Shown here: one piece after another, positions 25,540-39,205 of the stretch
Numbering within the stretch: the first letter of the stretch is position 1
Layout of the letters: the number at the start of each line of letters is the position of its first letter
Assembly (NCBI GenBank): GCA_013239625.1
Contig: MU054212.1
Coordinates: 9,968,898 to 10,032,897, forward strand
DNA from: Lama guanicoe
Taxonomy: Eukaryota
DNA: 64,000 bases
Direction of reading: 5' to 3'
Made by a program: the position numbers and the translations under genes
The notes under the pieces: generated by a model
Seen by the model: only the letters and a program-made list of their open reading frames with translations
The model's database searches: none
Told to the model about the DNA's origin: nothing

Positions 25540-25975
25540 CATTCTTAATACTCCCAAACTGGAAACTACAAAAATGCCTGTTAGTAGTCAGATCGATAAA
25601 TATATGGTGGTGTGTTCACCCAAAGGACTACGATATGGCAATGAGAATGAATGCATTATAACTACATAGAACAGTGTGGGTATAATTCATATGTAATGTT
25701 GAGCTAAGGAAGCCAGTCACAAAGGAGTAGATAGTGGATAATTCCATTTATATAAAATACAAAACTAATCTATGCTCTTATAAATCAGGGGAGCAATTAC
25801 CTTTGGAGGGCCAGAGGCTAAAATGGAGGACATGGGGGCTTCTGAGATACCAGCAATGTTCTGTTTCTTGATCTTTTTGTTGCTTCTATAGCTTTACATT
25901 TCTGAAAATATAATGAGATGTGCCTGTATAATAACCACTTTTCTGTATCTATATTATACTTTGTCAAAAATATGT
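25540..25975 (+). mobile_element. Old L1 (L1ME/MC-type) 3' end
   Basis: cccaaactggaaactac...aatgttgagctaaggaagccagtcacaaaggagta...attccatttatataaaat. Confidence 0.75.
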
Positions 25976-27124
25976 AAGAAATCATCTATTACTCATAGAG
26001 TTCAAACATGGATTTATAACTTTCTAGCTAGCTAGAAAAAAAAAATCAAAGCAGCTAAATCACAATCCGGCAAAAGATAAAAAATTAAGTGAACGCTAAG
26101 AAATCTTATAAAGTGCAAAAGCCTAAGGACATCAATTACAGCAATAAATATAAATGCTTATAAATGTTCCCCATTAAAAGATAATAAAATACAATAAAGC
26201 TCATATATGTTTTTAATGATGTGCAAATGTAAAAGGACTATAGGTGAGCACTTTCCTCCCCAGTTTCGTTTTCTCTTCTTAAATTATTTTTGAGTGATCA
26301 TCACGATCTTCTTGAGAAAATGTACCTAATTTATTCAATAGCGGATAGGGTAAGGATTTTTGAAGACAGGTAGGAGAGAACAGGTCAGTGCGGGTGATGA
26401 CTGGGGACACATTTGTATAACCCCTGCAGACCGAGCTGATTCTGAGCTGAGCCACCCTCGGAACGTCTAAGGGAAATTGTTTTCATTAACTTAGTGTCTC
26501 CAAACCTCTGCACCCTCACCTCAATTCTCCACACTCCAGAACACCACTTCCATGGCTCTCAGAGAATTCTAGCTCTGTGAATGAGACCTGGCACCAGAGG
26601 ATAATGCCACCCTTTCTAGACCCCCGGGAGGGAACATCGCGTAGTATGACTATTATGTAGGGGACTGTAAGGGGAGAGATGGAGAAGTCAAGCCTGGAGG
26701 ATTTGGCTCAAGGAAGGTGGAGGCTTTATAAGGCAGTTAAATAGAAGAGTTTGTGTTCGCCTCGCTGAGAGAGTCCACGGAAGTAGACACGGCAACTATT
26801 CTTATCAGGAATTGTTCTGTAAAGACAGTGTGGGTTTGGGGTGTGTTTTCTCACAGTAATTCCTCAAAGAGATCTAAGACAATGGTGACCTGCAGATGAG
26901 GCTCTGAGTAGTAAATGCATCTTAAAACTCTATGGCTCTGTTTTTAAAATAGGAAAAAAATATTTAGAGAATTTTTTTGAGACTTGTTAAAACATCTTAA
27001 AAAATGGATCATATAACTTTCTAGAAAATTCCATATACATTATCTAACTGAAGTTACATGAATTTCCTGTTTAGAGATGTGAAAGTAATGTGCATCTGAG
27101 ATTCTTTCTAGATCAAATTATCTT

Positions 27125-28310
27125 ATTATTACTCAGCAAATATATTTGAGATCCCAAGTGTCTTGTTATACACTAAATAAAGACCCTTGTAACAAGTCTG
27201 TCGTCAAGAAGTTCAAAACCCGATGACAGAGACAGTTATGGAGATAATAGGAACTCCAGTGTTATAAATACTGTGATTTGAGAATGTTCAGTGATGGAAG
27301 ACAGTTCTCCATGGGTCTCTAAAGTCCCTGCATGTCTTTTAAGTGAAGCACTAACTGCCCCTTGTTTTGTACTATCTTTTCAAGGATATTAGTGTAACAA
27401 ACACTCTTGGAAGATGGAGAATCTCTTCCGTTGGGGTAAAGGGCAGGGGGCGTTACTACCCATTGTAAAATATTTGGCTTCCCTAAGGTCTGAGTTCTTC
27501 TCCTGTAACATCACTCACTGTGTTTGTAGAGACCCTCCATCCCCTTTGAGGTACCTGTACGAATTGAAAATTAGAGCCAAAACTGATCTTCTGACCACTG
27601 CAATGCTATGATCAAGTGTCCCTCATTTTTGACTCAAAGTCTTATGTCTCCTACCAACATCCATGAAACTATGGCAGGCTAACATGTGAGTTTGTAGATA
27701 GGATAAAATTTCAGACCCTTCACAGGTCTTGACACATGCAGCTGTGTAAAGGTGAAGAAGGTGTACCTATTTTAGCTAATATAGTAGCAGTAACATAGGA
27801 GGATATGAAGACTGCTAGGAAAATTGAGTCTGTGAGGATGTGGCTGAGGAAAGTCAGGAGCAGAGAAAGAAATGTAAAAATCCAGGTAGAAAAATAGTAT
27901 CAGTAAAGGACCAGGATGTGGGGATAGGAATGTTCAGGGCTGTTTTAATGTTAACAAAGAATGTGGATGTTTTCATGAAGACAATGCACTTGAAGGATAT
28001 TAAATAGAAGATAGCATCTCAGATTTAAGGTTTGGAAATGTTGCTTTGGTAATCGTAGAGCATGAATTGGCAGAGCCAAGATGGAGGCAGGGGTCTCCAT
28101 AGACCAATTGGGAACCATGGGAGGAATCCAGGTGAAGCATGATAAAAGTCTAAAATAGGGGGAAGGGATGAAGACGAGGAAGACTTCACAAAATATTATG
28201 GAAGTAGAATCAGCTGGTTGTGTTGGGAGAGTAGATTTGGGGGTTTCTCTGGGCTGAACCTGTTTTTGATACCAGAGTAAATAATAGTGACATCTGTCAT
28301 GACAGATGGT
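27125..28310 (-). mobile_element. L2 fragment split by an LTR insertion
   Basis: ttactcagcaaatatatttgag tail at ~27130; purine-rich antisense L2-like body resumes after 27734. Confidence 0.55.
27292..27734 (+). mobile_element. ERVL-class solo LTR (MER54/MER73-like)
   Basis: tg...gacagttctccatgggtctct...actatcttttcaaggat...catccatgaaactatggcaggctaac...cagacccttcacaggtcttgaca; TG...CA ends. Confidence 0.7.
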
Positions 28311-30620
28311 GGAAGAATAAAGGGCCATCACATCTATAGGGGTACTTTAACATATGTATATGGGTATTTGGTTTAGAAAGAATGTGTGTATTACTCTTGT
28401 TTGACAATTAAGAAAATCGTGGTCCTGAAGGTTAAGCAGTTTACTGAGGGCTATACGGTCAGTGAGTTCATAGAGGAACCTGGATAAAATGGATAATCCA
28501 GTGACCTTTTCATTCTGTTTACTAGAGCCAATTGTCAGCACTGTCATAAATTTCTTATACATTCTCAAAGGATGTTGGCTTTATCTGGAAGATGGGGGAA
28601 GCAGAAGGGGGAGAAAACTAGAAACTATATGTTTTTCTTTCATGTGACAGATATATTAGACCTGTTAGCTCATTGCTAAAAGAAAAGGAATTGAGGATTT
28701 GTGTTCGACAGAGTGGACCAAAGAGAGTCTGTCTTATTAATGAAATAGCTCCCAGAAGTATACTCTTAGAAGTGATTTCAGATGACCCAAGAAGAAATAT
28801 GTTCTGCCCGAAGTCAGATACTCATATTTGAACATCCAGTCATTAGACTAAGCTTGTTTACAATTGCACAAAGCTAGAGTGCCAAGTTTGTGTTTACATG
28901 ATCTGAAAACGTCCCAACAACCAATTCAATGAAAGGCCATGTAAGTCCTATTTCTTGTTTGAGTTTTGCTATTACGGATGGTGATTTTGTTACTTGTTCC
29001 AAAACTGAGTTGTGGATTATTTCAGTATCAGTTACTCTGTCTGAGTCTTGGTTTGGTGCCTGGAATACACTAGGGTCTCACATAGTATTCACAGAATTGT
29101 CAGGTCTTTTATCATTCTAACCCTCTAAGAGAGGCTAAGGGTTCCAGGGAAGAGTATGCAAAGAATATAGACCAGGACCAAGGTCAGAACATGAAGACAT
29201 CCACACTTGGCAACTAAGAGGACAAAGAGGAACGTATAAAAAGAACCAGTGAAGAGATCGGAGAAGGAACATTTGAATAGGATATTTCTATTTGTCTTTT
29301 TCTAAAAAAAAGTTTACTGCTAGGTATTAAGGATCTTTACAAATTGGTTGATGATCAATTGTTTTCCATGTCTGTAGAGGGTCCTAAGAAAGCCTGGGAA
29401 ATTTGAGTTGGGTATAAAACATTTATGTTTGTGTTTAACATAAGAAGGGTGGGAAATCTTACTCCCAACTCTCTCCAAAATAAATCGTTAAAAAGAAAAT
29501 AATTTCCCACTTTCTGTAATATTACCTATCTTAGAATTTCTTCAGCCCCGGCTGTGTTCCTCACTCACCGGCTATGTTCTCATTACTGAGTGTCTTGTTT
29601 TTTTCCAATCAAGATGTCAATTTCTTAAGTGCCAGCACGTATTGGATGAGCAATAAATGCATTTTAACTTATTTGTTTAGAAAATTCTCAGTCTTCTGAG
29701 AGTGATGGAGTCAAACTTGGAGTTGAAGAAACTCAAGAGGAGTGGAAATGTTTAGAGTTCACTTGACCAAAGGCAAAGTGCTTTCAAGGTCCTTCAGGCT
29801 CTGAGGACATCTAAAATATCTCAAGTGGACCTGAAATTCCAGAGTCTTCAACTTTGTACCTGAACTGCCCAGCACCCTCTTGCCTTCTCTGCATCAGTAC
29901 CCCCGAGAGAGGTAGCTTGCTCTTTCATTTTGTAGAAAACACAGTCTCAGAAAAGAGCTACACTCAACTGTGGGTCTCTAATGGTACACATCACTCTTGG
30001 TCTTTGGCAGGAGATGTCCTTGGCTCCCAAAATAACCTTAACCACGGGGTTAAGATTTTCCCGTAATTGAAGAGTACTGAGAGAAAGACTCAAATGCCTG
30101 AGGGCTGATGGACATTTAATCTCACTGTACTCAACAATTTGGGCTTCACTTGCAGTGACGGGGGCAGCCAAGGCTTAACCTCTTGGGATCCAGGCTCACA
30201 TCATAGGAGGATGAGGGGTCCTGCAGAGAGCTGCCACTTTGAGGGAAGTCTCAGCCAGCGATGGAGAGCAATCACATGGCAGGATGGCTGAGTAAGGCCT
30301 TTCATTATGATTCATAACGTATAGCTGTAAGCAGTGCTCTCCCGTACTTGGGTCATTCCGGCAGATTCAGTCTCAGGGTTAACTGGAGCGGGACGTTCAT
30401 GGCAGTGAACACCTACCTGTAAGGTCTCCTTGGTTTCTTGCCCCTGGATCCCTTTCTGATACATTTCTCCCCCTCTCTCTCTCTCTGGATATTTGATAAC
30501 TTACTCCCTTCTTCCCTACTTCAAAACCTCCTTCCATTTTTATCAGGAACAAAAGCCTGGAGAGCATCATATAGCATAGCTCCGTGCATATATCCGCGTT
30601 TTAATAAGAAGTAAAGCGTT

Positions 30621-30713
30621 GGGGAGTGAGAGGTAAAGCTCAGCGGTAGAGAGTGCTTGGCGTGCATGAGGTCTTGGGTTCAATCCCCAGTACCTCCATT
30701 AAGGCGAAAGAAA
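30621..30713 (+). mobile_element. tRNA-derived camelid SINE (Vic-1-like), short-tail form
   Basis: A-box agctcagcggtaga, B-box ggttcaatccc, cagtacctccatt; degenerate TSD aagaagt(a/g)aag. Confidence 0.85.
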
Positions 30714-32594
30714 AGAAGTGAAGTTCTGAGCAAAATAAATGCATTGGCCCCTGCGAAGTCATTGTCATTAGAGAGCTTGGCAGGGCGTTCTGGGTAAGGG
30801 GACTTCTCAAATGCAGATTAACTTTCTTAGCCTTTCCCCGCCCTGCCCCCCACCCGTAGGTATACGATGAACTTACACCGGCTGTCAGACTTCCGTGCTT
30901 CTGCTGGAGCTGTTCCTTTGCAAAACTATGCTCACCACTGATAGCTCCTACATTTCACCATTCAAAAGCTAGTTCATTTATCCAGTTGCAGCACAAATGT
31001 TACCCTGAGTGATTTTCAAGTTTCTGCACTTGGTCTTCCTCACTTCTTTCTCTTAATTTCCACACTGAATGTGTTCCTCTCCCAGGATCTGCATTCCTTT
31101 CTCCCCACTCCCTTAATTATTTGCATCATCAAACTGTTGGCACAGCACATACAGAGTCTAACACGCTGTCAGGCACATTGAAGCAACGTCACTTTTTACG
31201 TAAAATGTTCATTGAGCCCGATGTGCCAGTCCTTGTCCTCGGTGCTTTTGAATTCATTATCAACAAATCTGTGTTGATTTTGGCTAAATTCTTTATCTCA
31301 CTCCTTCTCATTGGGAACCCTCATTGTCTGGTGCTATACGTGTTTGCATTCGTTTACATCCAGCTCAGTACTCATGCATTGTGATGGTGGTTAAATGGAT
31401 GTACGCGTCTGTCAAAACGCATCAAAGCTGACACTCAAAGTGGTTCAGTATATTTAGGTAAGCTGTACCTTAATAAAACGGCTTTTAAAAACAGGGGTTA
31501 GCCTATGCGCTATTGAGGCGGACTTGTCAAAGATCCGGAGATCCCTTCCTCCTGACAGTCAACCCACCAGTTACCCAGGCAGGGGACGTGCCTGTCCTGG
31601 CTTGGCAATGGGATACAGAATTTTACAGAATAGACCTCTGCCTGAGAAACCTTAGAATCAGCCTGGAAGCTAAACCCGCCTTGGGTTCAAACATCTGAAA
31701 TGTGCAATTGTTAACTAAATCATGTGTTTGTTTATTATAATAGAACTGCTTCAGTTTGTAGTGTGCATTCTATATCACATATAACAATTAGAGTTAGAAC
31801 CACTTAACTTTATTGCAGTAAGGCAATTAAATATAAATCATCTCTTTTACTAAGGGTAATTAAAATTATCAAAATAATTTATTATTATAATATATGGATT
31901 CCCCATGTTTTAACCATCATATTATCATTTGAAACTCAGATCATAGTTTTCTACAGAGAAAACAAAGCCCCAGTCTGGAAGAACTCAAGTCCTAACTAGT
32001 CGAGCCCTGCTCGGGGCCTCTGTTCCTTGGTGTGGGCCGGTCTCCCTGGGGCTGCCCTCCCACAGGCGGCCTGGGGCCAGCCCAGGGCCACTGCCCCTGT
32101 GAGGTGCCTCTGACCCCTGTGCTATCCCCTGAGGGCAGTGCCTGCTCACCTCCCTCCAGATGACTTGCTGGATGGGTACTCAGTCTTCTCAGGGTCCAAC
32201 TTCCTGTCCAAATTCCCTCGTTGCTCACTTCTACAAGATGAGCCCAATCACGTGCCCATCCTGACTTCTCTTCCCAACTTTCCACGTCCCATTTCTCCCG
32301 TTCAGCTCATTCCCAAACTGCCAGTACCCCTACTGATCCCCAGTTTAAAATAATGCATCTTTCTAATTCCGTGGATGACAGATCTCATCTCTTCTTGGTG
32401 GGAAATAACCCTCGCACTGTTGTTTATTCACCACATGGATGGGAGCCCATGACCTAACCTTGCTGGTGATGATAATATTCGCTCTCCCTTTAAGGTTTAT
32501 TGAGAAGATTGAATAGGTCGATCTTCATAAAGTAGTTAGAACAGTGTCTGGTGTGAAGGAAGTGCCATACACGTGTTTGTTGCTGTTATTATTA

Positions 32595-32622
32595 TTAATG
32601 TTGTTGTTGTTGTTGTTGTTGT
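32595..32622. repeat. (TTG)n microsatellite next to a MIR end
   Basis: Read directly from the sequence. Confidence 0.9.
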
Positions 32623-35600
32623 TAGACTCAGTATCAAAAATCAAACACAAAACATGCAGCTCACCCCTGGTATGATAAATGAATGTTGGCCTTCATTACA
32701 TGACGAATGTTCTTGATGACTGTCTTGAGGTTGGCCGCATGATGGTTTTGGGTGTCATTAGAAGGAAAAAGAGAGGAAGTGACTTTGGAGGATGGGACAC
32801 CAGATTGGGATGCAGACAGAGGTGATGCCACGGGGAGGGAGAGGGCACACAAGTTTTATGATCTTGCTTAAGGTCTTAACTTCAGTTATTTCTTGTGTCA
32901 GTGAGACTAATGCCAAATGTGTCCTTTGCTTTTAGTAAAAGCTTTCCCCTCCACCAAATTCTGTCCTTGGCCCTGAAGGGCAGGTCCCTAAACTGGGCCT
33001 GATGGATGACCATGATAGCAAGAAGATATGACAAAAAGTTGATGTGAGCGGATTCATACATGCTGTGCAATGTGCAAAGCTTTGCTGTGCAAAATGAAAC
33101 ACCAGAGCAAGAGGTATCCTGGAGAAGGGGGGGGGTCAGCCAGGGGTGACCAGATGGGCTAAGGGACACTTCAGTTGGCCCAGGATGTTTTCTGTATCTT
33201 TCAAGGACAGTGCGTATCCTGGGAGGGAATCAACTGCCCTTCTTGGGATGTCATCAACCAGTGAGTTGGGGGTGTGACTTATGATGCTTCTCAGCCACCA
33301 GCAGTCCTTGCAGGAAAGAAAAGTAAAGGCAAGTTCCTCTTGCCAAAGATACCTGGATTCAAGTCAATGATCTACTACGTACTAATAACCTGCTAGGTGG
33401 GGCTTGGTCTGTGGCACTGAAGAGAAGAAGAAAGCATGGCTTCCGCCCCCAGTGGGAGCTGCCTTTCTGCTGGGAGTCAAGACTCTCGTGCACAAATAAG
33501 CACAGAATGGCAGAAACATGGTGGGCATTTAGTAATCAAGATTCCATGGATTTCCCTGGGAAAGAAACCAAGCTCACAGCAGCTTAAGTGAAGAAGTTTA
33601 ATTTACTGGCTTACATTACTGGGAAAACAGGGGTAGCTGTCCTTTGGGACTCATGAGATGCACACGCCTCTCTCTGTCCGTCCAAGTGTTCTCCTCATTC
33701 TGTTCTGGTCTGGTGGGCTACTGCCAGCCAGTGGGGAAGCCATTGCAGTTTCAGGTTAGTATCCTGCGACTTTAGTACCATCAGAGGGAAGCGGAAGCTC
33801 CTTTCTCAGAGCTGATACATAGAGTTCCAGAGAAAGACCCATACTGGAGTAGCCTGGGCCGTGTGTTCTTTCTGGCCAGTAATCATGACCAGAGGGTTGA
33901 GCTAGGAGGCTAGGTGGGCCGGGGCACGTGACCACTCTTACGCACTGGGAAGGAGGGTCCTGCCCCGTGAGAGCCGCCTGGAGTGGGACAAGGACAGCTT
34001 GAAAGTGGAGAGTGGGGGCTCTTGCTGAGGACGGGGCAAAAAGATATGGCACATTCCAGAGCAGCAGGTGCTCTGTCCGCAGGGCAGGGCTACTCCATGA
34101 TCCCAGAATTTTAGGCTAAGGCTCCGCGGAGAAGGGGAGCACCTTGTGGGCTAGTGAAGGCAGGACCGCTCTCTGTGAAAGGTGGAGCCTGGCAGGAGGG
34201 TGATTTTGGAGGGGAAGCTGTGTTCTTCTCATGCAAGGAGAGCAGAGCAGGGAAGCGGACCCTCTCAGCCCGCCAGTGGGGGTTATCTAATAGTGGCCCC
34301 TGATGAAGCCACAGAGTGGCATTCGGGCCAAGGGGTGGTGACCTCCAACCCCAGAGCCGGGGCACTCTGGCAAAGGCAGCCTGTCGCCACCCAGAGTGTA
34401 ATTTGTCAGGGACACGAAGGTTAGCATTTTTGCTCGCAAAAAACATCCTTAATGACCATCAGCAATCAGGACCTCCAATTTCTGTCTCATTTGAAAGCTT
34501 TTAATGCTTTCAGAGGGATAGATGGGGTGACCTCGTAGGTCTCTCCCATCTCTGATTTTCTATGATTAATGAAGTTCAATTGTGCAGAATGAAATGGTGA
34601 GTTTCTCGGTGTCAGCTCAGCTGTATTCCCTTTCCTCCTCCCTCTTTCTTTCCCCATTTTTTTTTTTTTTAGACAGATGATAATCATGCACATTTTCTCT
34701 CAAAGCTTCAGGGGGAAAAAGGACTTTTTCTTCCGCACCAGGCTTTGAAAATGTCAAGGTGGGTGTATTTATCCCTGGTGTAAATTGTTACCAAATGCCA
34801 TGAGCCACTCCTCATTCCTCCACCCCCAGGAGAGACTGGAGCTGCATTCAAAGCACTAGGAGCACTGTCAGTGTGAACGCATGTTGCATTTGTAGGCTTT
34901 CTTAGAACTTTTTCTCGGGACCTTCGTAAGATACATTTAATAATGTGCTGACTTCTTGTCTTCTGGAAGAGGAGTGATGGACTGTGTTACCTTCTTCTGT
35001 TTGCAGGGAAACTGGGGCCCAGAGCTGCCTGCTGGGCATGGGGAGGGGGCATGCCTCTGCTTGTTGGATCCTACTCTGCCGCATCTGGGAATTTCAGTGC
35101 AGTTTCTAAACCATCCCTGGAGGAAAATTCTAGAGGAATTCAGTAAGGCTTGCTCTCCCCCTTACAGTCTGCAGATTTTTCTAGGCTGAAAGTCCTCTGA
35201 ATTATGAAGAAGCGGATGTCTACAGAACTGTCTTGGGAGCTGGAGGTTTTTCACCCTCACACACTCCTTGCATTTGGAAGAAAAAGGCTTCAAGAATGGG
35301 ATTTCCTTGGGCTTGTGGATTTAGCCTGTGTTTTGGTTGAAGGGCACAGCTCGAGCCCTTCTGGCTTCCTGGACGTGCTGCTCCCCACGTGGGCAGTATA
35401 GTGACCTCAGACAGAGCTCCCTCCCGGGAAGGGCAGAGACTCACGGGCTTCACATTTCTGCTGCCAAGGAGTCCCGGGACTGTCCATCTCACAGGGAGTC
35501 TGCATCTCCATCTGTGAAAAAAAAAAATCTGTCCAAATAGTCCAACACCCCAGATGGCTGAGTTAGACTACTTCCTTGGTTTTGAGATCTTGGAAAGTCA

Positions 35601-35786
35601 TGAGAGAAAAAATAATTTCCAACATCTCATCAGTCACCCCACTCTGGCATGAGTTACTGTAGATTCCATGGCATGTGTCATGACTTTTCACCATCCTTTC
35701 TCGAACACCTCACTGGAGGTGGTCCTGCAGGTAGCCCATGGCCTGGGGATGGCTCCTCTCTCCCTAGACAAGGGTGAAAAGGTCTC

Positions 35787-35926
35787 TTTTTTTAAAAAAA
35801 AAAAACAACTGAGGGGGGTAATTAGGTTTATTTATTTATTTATTTTTAATGGAGGAGCTGGGGATTGAACCTAGGACCTCGTGCATGCTAGGCACGCGCT
35901 CTGCCACTGAGCTACACCTTCCCCCC
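35787..35926 (-). mobile_element. tRNA-derived camelid SINE (Vic-1-like), long-tail form
   Basis: Reverse complement ggggggaaggtgtagctcagtggcagagcgcgtgcctagcatgcacgaggtcctaggttcaatcccc; TSD AAAAGGTCTC at 35777-35786 and 35927-35936. Confidence 0.92.
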
Positions 35927-36667
35927 AAAAGGTCTCCTTTGGATCTACATCCTGGGGAGGAGTCAGCTTGTCTGCACCCAGAGTTCACTCCTTTGTGTCC
36001 TGGCTTTGGAGTCACCATGTAAGTAACACAGAGGTGAAAACTGACCTCCACAGCTCTGCCCCTTCGTAGCTTGGAGCCCCACTGGGTTTAGCAATGAAGC
36101 AGGCATTGCTACTTGAAGCTGCACGGTGTCAGGTGGGGAGACGTCTCTTTTTTAAGTTGGAAACTGACTGGAAGGTGCTCCAGTGGTGGGGGGGCCCTGG
36201 TGGGTGAGGTCCAGTGAAATGGAACCCCGTGTCCATGGAGAGCTTCAGCGAACACTTCGTAACAGAGATTAGGCAGGAGGCAGAACTGGAGGGCCAGTTC
36301 TAGGGAAAGAGGTATGTCAAGACGATTTGTTTATCCACCACCTAAGGTGTAGTTCAAAGGTGTAGTTCAAATCTGCCGCTTCTGTGAACCCTGCCTGAGA
36401 ACCTCCGTCTGCACTCCAGGCTACACTCCTCGCTTCTCTGACCTGCAGTGGAGGACTAGGAGATTACAAGATAGCACTAAGAATAGGGTTTCTCAGATGG
36501 GTTCCATTTTAATCAACTTGAATATGTGTGTTAAACGCAGTTTCCTGAGTGAGACCCGGACGGACCTGTAGAGCTACACTCACTGGACATGGGTTTCTAG
36601 GATCTGCATTCAGCCGGTTTGCCTCTCCCATAATGCTTATGCACACCCAGGTTTGGGATTGATGGCC

Positions 36668-37512
36668 ATTTTTTTAACTGGATTTTATTTTTTGCTGTAG
36701 TAAATATATGTAACATAAAATGTACTATTTTAACTGTTTTTAAGGGTATAGCTCAGTGGCATCAAATCCATCCACAGTGTTCTACGACCTTCACCACCAC
36801 TACCCACCCCCAGAACTCTTTCATTTTTGGAAAATGTGCTCACTAAACACTAACTTTACCCCACTTGCTTTCTTGTCCTCCTCCAAGCCCCTGGCAACCG
36901 CCATTCTGCTTTCTGTCTCTGTGGATTTGACCTCTCAAGGTACTTCGTTTCAGTGGAATCATGTAGTATTTGTCCTTTTGTGACGGGCTTGTTTACTTAG
37001 CATAATGGCTTCACAGTTCATCCACGTTGTGGCCTGAGTAAGAATTTCCCTATGAAGGCTGAATAATATGCCGTTTTATGTATATACTAAGTTTTGTTTA
37101 TCTGTTTGTCTGTTAATGGACACTTAGGTTACTTCCATCTTCTGGCTCTTGTAAATAACACTGCTATGTCCATGGGTGTACAGATATGTGTTTGAGTCCC
37201 TGCTTTCAAGTCTTTTCTATATATATATATCCAGGAGTGGAATTATTGGATCCTATGGTAATTCTGTGTTTATCTTTTGAGGAACTTCTGTGCTGTTTTT
37301 CTACAGTGGCTACATCACTTTACATTCCTACCCAGTGAACAGTAAGACTTCCTGTATCTCCATGTCATCACCAATACTTGTTACTGTCTGTTCTTTTGAG
37401 ACTTGCCATCCTAATGGTGTCAAGTGGTATCTCATTGTGGTTCTGATTCGTATGATCAAACGCATGACCTAATGATTACTGGTGTTAAGCGTCTTTGCCT
37501 GTGCTTGTTGGG
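36668..37512 (-). mobile_element. Old L1 (L1MA/MB-type) 3' end
   Basis: aacataaaatgtactattttaac...cccctggcaaccgccattctgctttctgtctctgtggatttgac...gtggtatctcattgtggtt. Confidence 0.88.
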
Positions 37513-39002
37513 GTGCTCATGAATTTTGACCATCTCTGGCTTGAGGGTCCTCACCACTGGTGGCATATTAGAATCTCCCTTGGAATTGTTTGTTAAAGAA
37601 ATGGTGCTCCGTCAATGAAATCAAAATCTTGTGCAGTAAGGTTTAGGGATCAGCAGTTTTCACGAGTAGGGTTGGGGTGCTCTGGGTGCCAAATCACAGG
37701 AGTCTGGACCTCTCACCCAGTCTTGTCTAGGTTGGGCAGATGCTTTTAACTGCCTTTTCCATCAAATGGGAATAATGATAACTACCTGGCAGAAGGGTAT
37801 TGAGGCTTAAATGAGATAACAATGTGATGTAACAATGAAGAGTATCACTCTTAGCAGATGCATGTCGTGGGGGAAAGGGAGCGGGCCTTTGTGCTGTGCT
37901 CTGTGCTTTGGTAACAACCGTGAGAGACATGTTCACCTTGGAAGAGAGAGCAAGTCGCGGTGAAGCCGACAAGGACCAGGAGCAGTAGTTTGCATCCTGG
38001 CAACATATGCGAATCACCTGGGGATTTTGAACTCACCCGTGGAGTCGTCCATCTACCTGCTTGCCAGACAGCCCTAGACGCCTGGTCTAGGTCCCCAGGG
38101 TGGGCGGGTCGCCACCTCCTGGGCCTGATGAGGGAGAGCTGTGTTCTCTGCTGTCATGGGCAGTAAATCTTGCTCTAGAACCACAGGAGACAGAGAGATT
38201 GTTTGAGTCTCCGAGGGCCTCAGTTTCTAAAACAGCCCAAAAATAATATGAAGGAAAACCAGAACTCGGAGCTCTCTACATCTCCTTGGCTTTAGTATCT
38301 GTTAGTCATTAAAGCAGGTAGGTAATTGATTTAAATATATGATTTCTCACTTGATACAATATTCTTTTAAATTATGATTCCTATCCTGCAACGCTGGCTC
38401 ATATGATGGGGATAATACCACAATTATTATTCTTTAGTCTTGTCATGTGACAAAGAGCCAAATGGCTTGATTTAAATAAAAAATTAAGTTCAGGCTCTTT
38501 TTGTCTACTGCATACATTCAGGAAGGATTTCCTTTGATCTCATAAGGCACTTATTGGGTTTTAATTAAGTGACAGGTGATTATAAGAGTAGTAATTTTTG
38601 GAGTTTTATACCTCAGTTTTATAAAGCTTAAAAACATCTACAATGCTTTCTGGCAAATACCACATTTCATACCCATCCAATAGAGAGTCTTCTTCAGAGA
38701 TACCTTTTTTTTTTTTTTTTGGACAGCTAATCAGCACCATCAAGCAGAAGTGTGCCCTGAACTGTCTTCTGTGGCCCCATTTGTCTTCTTTTTGTGTTCA
38801 GTCCCTTTTTAATTAAAAATGGTTGCACACCTGGATTTGGATCAGAAAGATTCTGGGGGTAAAAGCCGTGCCAGGAAACAACTCTTGGCAAAATTGGAAA
38901 AGGGGCCCTGTTGGCCTTGGTCAGACTCAGCCAAAGTCAACCTCCAGCATTCTCCTTTGTCCCTTGTCATTCACTCACTTCAGACCCGTGGAGCCTCAAT
39001 TA

Positions 39003-39205
39003 GTGGTTTGCTGTTAAACCAGTTTCTTTTTTTCTTAAAGTAAGCCGCAATTTATAGCATTTGCTGATTTCCACTGTATAAACACTCCTCATACCAAGGC
39101 TCACTTCAAGCTATCAACTCAACTTCACTGTGGAGCAGGGAAGGAATATGCATATTTGGCTTTTGCAGTGGGATCCTGTAAGAGCTGGCTACAGCTTATC
39201 GCTGG
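39003..39205. mobile_element. MER63-like hAT-Blackjack MITE
   Basis: gatttccactgtataaacactcc...ttcaagctatcaac...cactg...gagctggctacagc resembles reverse-complemented MER63. Confidence 0.65.

Noticed and set aside
23330..25975. Opposite-strand L1 pieces as a twin-priming inversion
   Set aside because: The junction joins a 5'UTR region to a distant 3' region of an apparently different old subfamily; independent or nested insertions are simpler
38071..38089. Short inverted repeat CCTAGAC-N5-GTCTAGG
   Set aside because: A 7-bp stem is expected by chance and too short for a pre-miRNA
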